A stretch of DNA of 64,000 nucleotides from Bryobacterales bacterium (GTDB lineage: Bacteria; Acidobacteriota; Terriglobia; Bryobacterales; Bryobacteraceae). How positions within the stretch are numbered: position 1 is the stretch's first letter; each line of letters opens with the position of its first letter. A model generated the notes under the pieces. That model did no database searches. It saw only the letters and a list, made by a program, of their open reading frames with translations, and was not told where the DNA came from. The stretch covers positions 20,216 through 84,215 of the forward strand of contig PMSX01000224.1 of NCBI GenBank assembly GCA_003167495.1, in the 5' to 3' direction. This document shows positions 29,036 through 37,985 of the stretch, piece after piece. Made by a program: the position numbers and the translations under genes.

Positions 29036-30832
29036 TCAAAAACCCTTTGGCCGTTCGTTCACCACGTTCAGCGCTCGTTCCAGGGCAATTCCCAGAGTGG
29101 CAAGCGTCCCCTCATCGAACAGCCGTCCAATCAACGTGATGCCATGTGGCACACGCCTCGGCGGCGAAAACTTGGGAAGGGGATGACTTGGATCTGGAGC
29201 CCAGTCACTGCGGGCTTCGGACACTTGCACAAAGCCAGCGCGCAATGTCAGTGACGGGTGCCCCGTAAAGTTGCTGATGGTCAGCATCTCATCACGTAGC
29301 GAAGGAACAAGCAGAACATCTACTTCGGAAAAGATTCGGGCCATCTCCTGGGCTACCCTGCGCCGGAGCCGGTCGGTCTGGACGAAATCTACCGCGGAAA
29401 GGAAGCGCGCTTGCCGGAACAGGTTGGGCCATGCGTCGGGCACCTGCGCTTTTAATTGCCCCAGTCCGCCGCTGAGAGTGAGTTCCTCAAATGCCGCGGC
29501 GGCCTCTGCAAACAGAATTAAGTTGAGAGATGAATACGGCCAGTCGGGAAGAGAAACCTCCACCGGAACCATCCCCAGCTTGGCTGTCATCTCCAAGGCA
29601 GCACGATCCACCTCAGTGGCGGGATTCTCTTTCATCCAAGCCGCCACGTAGCCTACGTGGAGTCCCCTGATTGAGGCGGTGGCATCGAAAGTCAGGTGAC
29701 TGGGCACACTTGCCACGTCGCCCGCATCCGGTCCGGAGATTGCTTGCAGCACAAGCATTGTGTCCTCTACTCCCCGCGTCATCGGCCCGAGTTTGTCGAG
29801 TGACCAGCACAGTGTCATCGCCCCTGTCCGCGGCACGCGACCGTAGGTGGGACGGAGTCCTGTAACACCACAACGCATCGCTGGACTCACAATACTGCCT
29901 CCTGTCTCACTGCCGATCGAGAAACCCACCAATCCGGCAGCTGTTGCCGCTCCGGGCCCGGCACTCGATCCGGATGCACCCTCCTCCAGCAACCAAGGAT
30001 TCATCGTCTGCCCGCCGAACCAGATATCGTTCAGCGCTAATGCGCCCAGGCTCAGTTTCGCAACGAGAATTGCCCCCGCCTCGCGGAGCCGTTTCACCAC
30101 CGCGGAATCCTGCTCGGGCACGCGATTTCGATACGGCTCAGCACCGTATGTAGTCGCCACGCCGGCGGTATCGAGCAAGTCTTTTGCACCCCAGGGAATT
30201 CCATGCAGAGGGCCGCGATATTTGCCTGCGGCAATTTCTTGGTCGGCTTGTTTCGCTTGAGCCATCGCTGAATCGCGCATCAGGGTGATCACGCACCGCA
30301 GTTTGGGATCGAAACGTTCCAACCGATCGAGGTAAATGCTAGTCAGTCGAACGGAAGTGAGCCTCCTCGATTCAACCCACCGGGCAAGTTGTGTCAGTCG
30401 AGCGAAAGCAACTTCAGTGTCGTCTGCGGGAACAGCTTGGCCGGCATTTTGTGTGCGAGTGAATCTCCCGCCTCCCGTTCCCACCCTTTGACCAGGCAGC
30501 ACCGGATCCCAGCGCGAAGCGGGTGCGGTTGATGCATCCAACGATAACTTTCTCGGCCCTGTGCGGCGCTCATAGACCGGCGCCATGCTGTTGCGCCAAT
30601 TTCCCACAGCCACTTCTCGCTCTGTTGCGCTCAGTTCTACCTGCATTAGCTTTTCTGCTTCGGCAAAAGTCGCCACAGTAACCGGCGGACCAGCCTCCGG
30701 CGCAGTACCGAACGCCGAAGGTTCACCAGGTGGGGTCGAGGTAGGCTTCTTTTCCGTGACCTTACGACAAGCCGTAGTTGCTATTAGGCTTGCGGACACA
30801 CCGCTCAGAAATTGTCGGCGCGATTTTGACAT
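29036..30832 (-). CDS. amidase-signature family amidase with a twin-arginine (Tat) signal
   Basis: ATG 30832 follows ggaga. The Tat signal is MSKSRRQFLSGVSASLIATTAC. AS motifs are ..GSSAGPGAATAAGL.. and ..GSETGGSIVSPA... Confidence 0.85.
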   Translation of the reverse strand: MSKSRRQFLSGVSASLIATTACRKVTEKKPTSTPPGEPSAFGTAPEAGPPVTVATFAEAEKLMQVELSATEREVAVGNWRNSMAPVYERRTGPRKLSLDASTAPASRWDPVLPGQRVGTGGGRFTRTQNAGQAVPADDTEVAFARLTQLARWVESRRLTSVRLTSIYLDRLERFDPKLRCVITLMRDSAMAQAKQADQEIAAGKYRGPLHGIPWGAKDLLDTAGVATTYGAEPYRNRVPEQDSAVVKRLREAGAILVAKLSLGALALNDIWFGGQTMNPWLLEEGASGSSAGPGAATAAGLVGFSIGSETGGSIVSPAMRCGVTGLRPTYGRVPRTGAMTLCWSLDKLGPMTRGVEDTMLVLQAISGPDAGDVASVPSHLTFDATASIRGLHVGYVAAWMKENPATEVDRAALEMTAKLGMVPVEVSLPDWPYSSLNLILFAEAAAAFEELTLSGGLGQLKAQVPDAWPNLFRQARFLSAVDFVQTDRLRRRVAQEMARIFSEVDVLLVPSLRDEMLTISNFTGHPSLTLRAGFVQVSEARSDWAPDPSHPLPKFSPPRRVPHGITLIGRLFDEGTLATLGIALERALNVVNERPKGF

Positions 30833-30864
30833 GTATTCTCCGTGCAACTCATTTTTGAAAAGAC

Positions 30865-32199
30865 CTAGTGGGGGGGCGGATACAGGCCTATGGCGTTGTC
30901 GTGCAAGTAGCCATGCGCGATCTCAATCGCCTTATCCTCCGTTACCTCATTTGAAGCAACCATTTCAGCAAGAGCGGCGGCCAGCGCATCGCGCGCTGAG
31001 TAGACGCCCAACCAATAGGTCTCCTCCGAGCCCAGAGCGGCGCTGTACGGGTACGCATCCGAGCCGAACGTAATCTTGTCGGGATAGGTCTCTAACCAAA
31101 GCTTTAAGACATTTTTCATTTCCGAAGGGTAAACAAGCGTCTCGATTTCCGATGTGTCAATGTAGACGTTCTTCATCGCCGCCAGCCAGATCACCTCTCG
31201 AAAATAGGGATACCCGCCGTGGATGAGAACGAACGTTGTGTTGAGGTAACGCGGGTCTTTGACAACGTTCTCGAGATTAAGTACGTCACCTTTCCGAAGA
31301 CTGAAGTAGTCTCCCTCCCCCACCGCCGTGTGAATATGCACGGGCAACCCCAAGCGGCCGCCCTCCCTGACCAAATAGCGAAAGACGTAATCCTGAAATG
31401 TCTTGTATTCCTCTGCAGTGGGAACACCTCCCGAATGGAACTTCTGATAGATCCCGGCCGCGGTCTCTCTAGGTGGGTCCGAAAAATAGAGCGACCGAAA
31501 GTAGCCCGCTTCGAACTTCTCCGCTATGCCGCCATTCTTCTGATTCTCCTCAAGAACTTTCGAAACGAACTTGAGATACCCGTCGAAGCTATCCGGCAAT
31601 TGGTTGAGGCTAACTTGTCGCATGTAACGGTGCAGCACCTTTTCCTGGAGCGGGATGTATACGCCTTCGTCCGGGTTTTCTGCAATCACCAGTTTGTTAT
31701 CGAAAGGGAAGAGGAACGAGTCCACAAAGAAAACCCAACGGAATCTTTGGGGATTCAAATACCCCGACATCGCTACACGATTCGCCACGCTGGACTCAAT
31801 ACCGCACTCATCGAGAATGCGGTCCCAATAGCCGGTACTGCCTTCTTTTTCAGCCTTATTCGATCGTTCTTGCAGCCAGCGCATGTGTTCTGCCGACAAA
31901 TCTGCATAAGGGTAGTCGAATAGAGCTTTCACGGCAATTACGAGTTCCGGGTTAGTCTCGCGCTGGCGAAACGGCAGATGCTCCGGCGGAGTGGCTTGAG
32001 CGTCGACGTCGGAATCATCGCCAAACCCAGGATGTGCGTGGTGATCGAAGATCTTGATCGATTTGATTTTTTCTAACAGGCGTTGATAAGTGCCCTGGAC
32101 ATCTCCTGAAGGCAAAGCCCGGGACTGCGGCCAAACTGGAACAACCACCGCAGCGCTGAGGAATGGAACGAGCATCCATTGAATTTGCTTCTGTTTCAT
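30865..32199 (-). CDS. exported TIM-barrel metal-dependent hydrolase (amidohydrolase_2-like)
   Basis: ATG 32199 follows aaggggg. The signal peptide is MKQKQIQWMLVPFLSAAVVVPVWPQ. It carries the HxH-like motif IFDHHAHPGF and is tightly spaced (32 nt) with the downstream Tat amidase. Confidence 0.7.
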   Translation of the reverse strand: MKQKQIQWMLVPFLSAAVVVPVWPQSRALPSGDVQGTYQRLLEKIKSIKIFDHHAHPGFGDDSDVDAQATPPEHLPFRQRETNPELVIAVKALFDYPYADLSAEHMRWLQERSNKAEKEGSTGYWDRILDECGIESSVANRVAMSGYLNPQRFRWVFFVDSFLFPFDNKLVIAENPDEGVYIPLQEKVLHRYMRQVSLNQLPDSFDGYLKFVSKVLEENQKNGGIAEKFEAGYFRSLYFSDPPRETAAGIYQKFHSGGVPTAEEYKTFQDYVFRYLVREGGRLGLPVHIHTAVGEGDYFSLRKGDVLNLENVVKDPRYLNTTFVLIHGGYPYFREVIWLAAMKNVYIDTSEIETLVYPSEMKNVLKLWLETYPDKITFGSDAYPYSAALGSEETYWLGVYSARDALAAALAEMVASNEVTEDKAIEIAHGYLHDNAIGLYPPPH

Positions 32200-32295
32200 C
32201 GTCGGCCCCCTTTTTGTTGAGACGTTCGCGCCAACGAGAACAGACTGTAGCACACAGTGAAGGTCGGGTCAACACCACTATCAGAAGTGTCAAGC

Positions 32296-32338
32296 CAAAA
32301 TATAAATGTCCCCTCTCGGCAAAATAGAAATGTCCCCT
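32296..32338. repeat. two tandem 19-bp direct repeats (period 24 bp) in the upstream region of the 32199 operon
   Basis: caaaatataaatgtcccct (32296..32314) and caaaatagaaatgtcccct (32320..32338) differ at one position. They lie about 100-140 nt upstream of ATG 32199 on the opposite strand. Confidence 0.6.
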
Positions 32339-32862
32339 TTTCCCTGGGGCTGTGCGGAATGCGTGTTAATCTGCGTGTGCCGGTGAAGCGGAGACGGGCA
32401 ATGCTGGCGAGCTGTTGCGCTAGTACTTCGTGGGACCCAGCCAAGAACTCGTTCGTTGAGAACCGCCTTGGCTGGCAACAAATCAGCCTCTACGTATTTG
32501 GATGGAATGCAGTGGAGCGATCAAATCTCAACAATCACTAAGGTCATGGCGCCAGGCAACGAGCGGACTACTGAAAACGTGCATTCAAGTCCCCTACCCG
32601 CTTTTCTAGGCGCCGAAGCTATTTTCATTCCAGTGCCCCAGATGGCCCGAGCCATCCAGGATCTACCATCATAGATTTCGCAGCTTTGCCGCCGGGAAAA
32701 ACTTGGGTCGGATAAATTTTCGGAGGCATCCACGCTTTTCCTCATCAGTTCCCCTACAACAAAAACGCACCCCCATATAATTCCGGTGCCGTGCCGTCCA
32801 AGCCAAGCGAAATGATTTTGAAGGTCTTCGTGAACCGCTAATTGTTGCACTGCGTCGCGGGG

Positions 32863-34443
32863 TTAATCCGAGCATGAAAGCCCCGCTGGGGGCCCAGTCG
32901 GTGCGCCTAGGCGGATGCCGTCTGAGTCGATCTTGTGGAATGAAAGATGCTGCACGGCCGGCGGCTGGGTCGGAGAGAGTGTGAAGAACACTCCGACCGC
33001 ACCTTTCTCACACGTGAGATTGAACTGGCCGCGAAGCCAGTTCTCTGCTATTACAGGCCCTGCGGCGCTGCATTCGCCGACTTGATCCTTGATCTTCTGA
33101 ATCTCCGCGCGGCGCTGCGCACTTGGAGCATCCAGAAAGAAGTTCACAGCAGCGATCTGTCTCGCCTCCGAGTCGTCCCAAGATTTCCAGAGATGAAGGA
33201 TATGTTCGCGCATCTCAGTCAGAATGGGAGACGCCGGTAATTCGCGCTTCTGAAGACCACCCGTTTTTAGGAAAGCATCCCAAGCCCGATTAATCGGCTC
33301 GGCTGGGCCCGCATAGGTCAGGCTAGCCATGGCAAACATGCCAACCCCATAATCGGGTAGCCACATCATGTAAGATCCGAAGCCCGGAAGGCCGCCGCCG
33401 TGACCGACGATATGTTCGAAGCGGCAATCGGTGCTTATGCGCAGGCCATAGCCGTAGCCCGATTCCGAGACATGCAGCGCGCCATCCGTATGCCTAACGG
33501 TGAGATTAGAAGGGGTCCACATATGGCTCATTTCGCGGACGGAGCTGCGACGCACTGGGCCTTCCTCCGCGTCGTCTCGCGGCGGCCATGCCGAAAGATG
33601 ATACGCGACATATTTTCCCAGGTCAATGGCAGTGGTCAGTAGCCCACCGGCGGAACCGAAAGCACCCTGGGGTAAAGGCGGTTCCTCACCATACGTTCCG
33701 TCTGGCTTTAGCCGGTAGCCGAGCACGCGAGTCTCAGCGGGAACATGCGAAGGCTGAAGCGTGGAATCGTCCATATGAAGCTTGCTCAGAATCTGAGTGG
33801 GAAGGTACTTCTCGTACGGCATTCCAGAGGCATTAGTCACTATGCGGCCTAACAGCCCAAAGGCATAGTTGGAGTATTCGTAACGAGTGTCCGGAGGTGT
33901 AGAAAAAGGAATCCCGGCGCGAAGCCATTTAGTGAGGTCGGCATCGCTGGCAGCAAGCTGCTGGTCGCCCCACGGGTTGTCCTCGGGAAAGCCGGCGCTG
34001 TGGCTGAGTATCTGGCGGACGCGTAACGGTGCGCTATCTCGGGTAGGTAAGTCCATCTTAGAAAATTCAGGAATCCACCTGGACACGGGATCTTCCAGCG
34101 ACAGCTTGCCCTCGTCGCGAAGCTTGAGAATAGCGAGCACCGTGAAGCTCTTTGTCATCGAAGCGATACGGAACGAACTGCGGGGAGAGACGGGGGTTCT
34201 CGACGCGAGGTCCTGCACGCCAGCCGATTCAACGTGCGCAAGGTTGCCGTCGATCACCACGCCCCAAACCATGCCCGGAATCTTGTTGTCAGACGCGAAT
34301 TGACGGAAGATGCGATCAACGTCAGGAAACGCAGCTTCGAGTTTGTGAACCCTTTCGGGATCAGTGAAGCGCGGTGGAGGGTAAGCATCACTCGCCAAAA
34401 GCATCCCTGCGGAGAAGAAGCAGCAGATCGGGAAGAATCGCAT
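32863..34443 (-). CDS. class-C beta-lactamase / D-aminopeptidase-like serine hydrolase with an extra C-terminal domain, exported
   Basis: 526-aa ORF with SxxK (ASMTKSF), YxN (YEYSNYAF) and HGG (GHGGGLPGF) motifs. It has a signal-like N-terminus. Confidence 0.85.
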   Translation of the reverse strand: MRFFPICCFFSAGMLLASDAYPPPRFTDPERVHKLEAAFPDVDRIFRQFASDNKIPGMVWGVVIDGNLAHVESAGVQDLASRTPVSPRSSFRIASMTKSFTVLAILKLRDEGKLSLEDPVSRWIPEFSKMDLPTRDSAPLRVRQILSHSAGFPEDNPWGDQQLAASDADLTKWLRAGIPFSTPPDTRYEYSNYAFGLLGRIVTNASGMPYEKYLPTQILSKLHMDDSTLQPSHVPAETRVLGYRLKPDGTYGEEPPLPQGAFGSAGGLLTTAIDLGKYVAYHLSAWPPRDDAEEGPVRRSSVREMSHMWTPSNLTVRHTDGALHVSESGYGYGLRISTDCRFEHIVGHGGGLPGFGSYMMWLPDYGVGMFAMASLTYAGPAEPINRAWDAFLKTGGLQKRELPASPILTEMREHILHLWKSWDDSEARQIAAVNFFLDAPSAQRRAEIQKIKDQVGECSAAGPVIAENWLRGQFNLTCEKGAVGVFFTLSPTQPPAVQHLSFHKIDSDGIRLGAPTGPPAGLSCSD

Positions 34444-34522
34444 GTATGTAAGGATGCCACAGTTCGCTCACGGTCGTGTCTCACATGCGATAACATAATT
34501 GGCTCGAAAGGGGTCCGTTCGA

Positions 34523-36763
34523 ATGAAGAACTTCGCGCTGCCATTCGCTTGCAAAATGGTTGGTGTTATCTGCTTCATCATTCTTTTGGGCGTCTATGCA
34601 AAGGGACAGACACCCCAGTCTCTCGACTCTCCACTGTCCGATCTCCCACGCCTGAAAACGTTCACCGCCCATCGGGCGTCGAGCGAGAACCCCTTTATTG
34701 GGAGCAACGACGATAGCAAGCGAATTATGCCCGGCGAGACTTTTGTGATGGCTGATCTCACTGGGCCGGGAGTAGTGAGTCATATCTGGCTCACAGTGGC
34801 GGATAACGAATATGCATGGCCTCGTCTCGTACGGCTGCGGATCTACTACGACGGGAAGAAAACGCCTAGCGTTGACGTACCTTTGGGGGATTTTTTCGGA
34901 GTAGGGCACGGATACGAACGGCAGCTCGATTCCCTGCCGGTTCGCGATAGCTCGTTCGGTCGAGCGCGCAATAGCTATTGGCCCATGCCATTCCGCAAGT
35001 CCTGCAGAATTACAGCCACTGATGAGGGCAACCGTCCCGTCACTATGTTCTACTACCATGTGGATTGGCAAAAGCACACCTCCTTGCCGCCCGATGTTGC
35101 CTACTTCCACGCCTACTACCGCCAGGAACTCCCTGCAATCTCAGGCAGGAACTACGAATTCTTGAGTGTTCGCGGGAAAGGCCACTATGTGGGCACCGTC
35201 CTCAACGTGATTCAGGCCGCTGTGGGCTGGTTCGGCGAGGGCGACGATTTGTTCTACGTGGACGGTGCCAAACACCCTCAAATTGCTGGTACCGGCACCG
35301 AAGACTATTTCAATGACGCCTGGGACCTCCGCGTCGCGAACGGGCCATGGACCGGCACACCAATCGCGGAAGGGGAACGCGTCGGCGCCCGGCTCGGTGC
35401 CTACCGCTGGCATGTTCCCGATCCCATTCCCTTCACTAAATCACTATGGGCAGGGATCGAACACGCCGGCTGGACCTACAACTCAGACGGTTCGATTCGC
35501 TCCGGCTTCGAAGAACGCCCCGACTTTTTCTCGAGTGTCGCCTTCTGGTATCAGATAGGTGTAAACGAGGAGCTTCCTGAACCTCCTTTCGGCGAAGCAC
35601 GCCTCCCGCTCGGCAACGCCCAGCAGATTGCCGTAGAAGATTCGTTAGCCGAAGTGACCACCACCAAGGGTAAAGCCTCCGTTCAACGTGAGGTGGATTG
35701 GGGCAGAGACCTGCTCTTCTTTGAGGCGGAGGGCATCGGCGCGCGAATTGATATTCCCCTCGATATTCAACAAACCGGTCGTTATGAGATCGTCGCTCGC
35801 GTCGCCCAAGCGCCCGACTACGGCGATTATTACGCTTTGCTCGACGGCAAACCTACCAACCTGGACAATCGGCAGGCGGCAACGTCGGAGATACCGTCGG
35901 CCGGCCCGGAAGTCTTTCACAACTATCTGCCGGAAATCTATATCGCGATCGATCACCCGTTAGGTTGGCTCCAATTGGATAAAGGCCGCCACATTCTCAG
36001 CTTCGTTTGTAGCGCACGTGACGGCCGTTCTTCGGGTTACAACCTGGGCATCAACGACGTAATTTTAGAGCGAATCTCCGAGATCGTACCTACTACCGCT
36101 TCTCAGTCGCCTCGCCCCGCCGTCTCTCTACACACCAGCGAGACGGTGTATCGCGGACGACCTCTCTCGTTTTACCGCAGCGAACTGCGGCATACAACTG
36201 CCAGCCATCGCATGGAAATCGTGAGAAGCATCGGCTCTTTTCGAGAAGATGCCGTCAGTGCTCTCGGAGACCTTTCGCCTCTGCTCCAAGAGCCTGACCC
36301 GAACGTTCGCTTGGCAGCCGCCTGGGCTCTTTCTCAGATCGGACCGAAGGGTGCGGCATCCGTCCCAACTCTCCGAAGCTCGTTGGTTGACTCAGATCCT
36401 CGGGTGCGCTGTCTATCGGCGATAGCGATTCGGGAGATTGGTCCCACGGCTGTCCTCGCAATTCCAAGTTTGGTGAACGCCCTGGGCGATCCTGAGCCTT
36501 CCGTCCGGGCTTCGGTCGCGCAAGCTATCGGAGTGATGGGAGCGGCCGCAAAAACCGCGGTACAGCCTCTCGCTATTCGGCTCACGATTCCAGAGGAACA
36601 AAGCTATGTTCTGCGCAGCGTGGTGGTGGCACTCGGCAAAATTGGCCCCGGCGCCGCAAGCGCGCTCCCGGCTTTGGAAGACATGGTGCATGCGCACCGC
36701 CTTGCCTACATCGCAAGCGCTTCAATCATGCAGATAAAAGGACAGCCGGTTCCCGCTTGGTAG
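34523..36763 (+). CDS. DUF2961 (GH172-like) domain protein fused to C-terminal HEAT repeats, exported
   Basis: ATG 34523 follows aagggg, and a signal peptide is present. From memory, ..GEGDDLFYVDGAKHPQIAGTGTEDYFNDAW.. is typical of DUF2961. The C-terminus carries at least four HEAT-like units (DPNVRLAAAWALSQIG.., DPRVRCLSAIAIREIG.., EPSVRASVAQAIGVMG..). Confidence 0.65.
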   Translation: MKNFALPFACKMVGVICFIILLGVYAKGQTPQSLDSPLSDLPRLKTFTAHRASSENPFIGSNDDSKRIMPGETFVMADLTGPGVVSHIWLTVADNEYAWPRLVRLRIYYDGKKTPSVDVPLGDFFGVGHGYERQLDSLPVRDSSFGRARNSYWPMPFRKSCRITATDEGNRPVTMFYYHVDWQKHTSLPPDVAYFHAYYRQELPAISGRNYEFLSVRGKGHYVGTVLNVIQAAVGWFGEGDDLFYVDGAKHPQIAGTGTEDYFNDAWDLRVANGPWTGTPIAEGERVGARLGAYRWHVPDPIPFTKSLWAGIEHAGWTYNSDGSIRSGFEERPDFFSSVAFWYQIGVNEELPEPPFGEARLPLGNAQQIAVEDSLAEVTTTKGKASVQREVDWGRDLLFFEAEGIGARIDIPLDIQQTGRYEIVARVAQAPDYGDYYALLDGKPTNLDNRQAATSEIPSAGPEVFHNYLPEIYIAIDHPLGWLQLDKGRHILSFVCSARDGRSSGYNLGINDVILERISEIVPTTASQSPRPAVSLHTSETVYRGRPLSFYRSELRHTTASHRMEIVRSIGSFREDAVSALGDLSPLLQEPDPNVRLAAAWALSQIGPKGAASVPTLRSSLVDSDPRVRCLSAIAIREIGPTAVLAIPSLVNALGDPEPSVRASVAQAIGVMGAAAKTAVQPLAIRLTIPEEQSYVLRSVVVALGKIGPGAASALPALEDMVHAHRLAYIASASIMQIKGQPVPAW

Positions 36764-36969
36764 CGGTTCGCGACCACCGCCACTGCCGATCACAAACCTT
36801 CGAAAAAATCCTCGCATTTCTATCTCCCATCCTCTCAGCCACTTAGAATCATCTCGATCTCCAAAACCAAAAAAACCATTCAGACTAACCCGAAACCAAC
36901 GTTACTTTGAACTCAGACCCCGGGCAGGAGTTTTCACTCACGTCGGACATAAAGACAGGACCATCCAAC

Positions 36970-37789
36970 ATGGACCGCACCGAACGCCGCGCCGCCGCGC
37001 GCCAAGCTTTGAAACTCAATCGCAAAATCCAACCCAACATTAAACGTCGAAACTGAGCCACGGAGCGTCAGCGACCCCAGCTTGACATCCGCTATAGGGC
37101 ACGCCTCTGCCGCCCAACTCGCCGCTAACCGTGCCAACTCGCAGCACTCCTCCGGCCCAAAAACTGAGTCAGGTCGGGCCACTTCCTCCCAAAACCACAC
37201 CTCCCACGGCCTCGCCCGTCACAACGGCGCCTTCGTCCTCTTATCATCCGAAGACCCCAATGGCTTCGAAGCGTTAAAAGCAGCTCTCACCACCGAACAC
37301 CAACCCTCTACCGAAACCGAATCCATATTTGTCACCACCATGGCCGAATCCCACTGGCTTGCCAACCGCGCCCAGAACCTCCAAGCTGGCTGCTTCGATC
37401 CTCAAACCGGCCAAATCACCGACCCGAAAATGTTCACCCTCTACCTCCGCTACCGAACCACCCACACCCGCGCCTTCCACAAATCCCTCATCGACCTGCT
37501 AAAGCTAAGAGCCGAAACACGCAAAACCCAAAATGGCTTCGAAGCGCAAAACCGCAAACAAGAAGAGCTCCGCATCAAAAACGAGCAGCACGAAATGAAA
37601 AAGCAAACGCATTATTGGGACATTCTGCGAAAGGACGCCGAGGCTTGTCACCAGCTCGCCGCCAACACCACCCAACAAGTCAACGCAACAAAAGAAAATC
37701 CTGGCTTCGAAGCGCAATACGCCGCCGAACTCGTCAAACGTGGCCTGCAACGCCATCCAACCCGCGCCGCCACAGCAACCGCAGCCTAG
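36970..37789 (+). pseudogene. copy B of the uncharacterised paralogue family, frame-disrupted near the 5' end (a shorter product from TTG 37082 is possible)
   Basis: ATG 36970 gives MDRTERRAAARQALKLNRKIQPNIKRRN*, homologous to the start of copy A. The rest (..AAQLAANRANSQHSSGPKTESGRATSSQNHTSHGLARHNG..) is in the +1 frame, which is open from 37013. The P/A/T-rich linker of copy A is missing. Confidence 0.55.
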
Positions 37790-37985
37790 CTTGTAACCCT
37801 CCATATTTCGAGCCTCGACCAAGAAAAGGTGGGGACTGCGGCAGTACCCGGAATCAGCCCGATATTGAGCGGCAAGCCCAACCATCGCGCGCGGGCCGTC
37901 CGCATTTTTGCATTGCTCACCGCTTCATCGCGCCATCGCCGACCAGCGGGCTGACTGAGAAATCTTTTGGCAAGGTAGCCCATCA

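Noticed and set aside
10852-37792. Diversity-generating-retroelement-like template/variable repeat relationship between the two paralogue copies
   Set aside because: No reverse transcriptase gene is present. The copies are ~1.1 kb long and 25 kb apart. Differences are spread over all base types and include indels, not adenine-specific substitutions in a short window.
37891-37909. Possible terminator gcgg-gccgt-ccgc followed by attttt after paralogue copy B
   Set aside because: The stem is only 4 bp, so it is not credible as an intrinsic terminator on its own.
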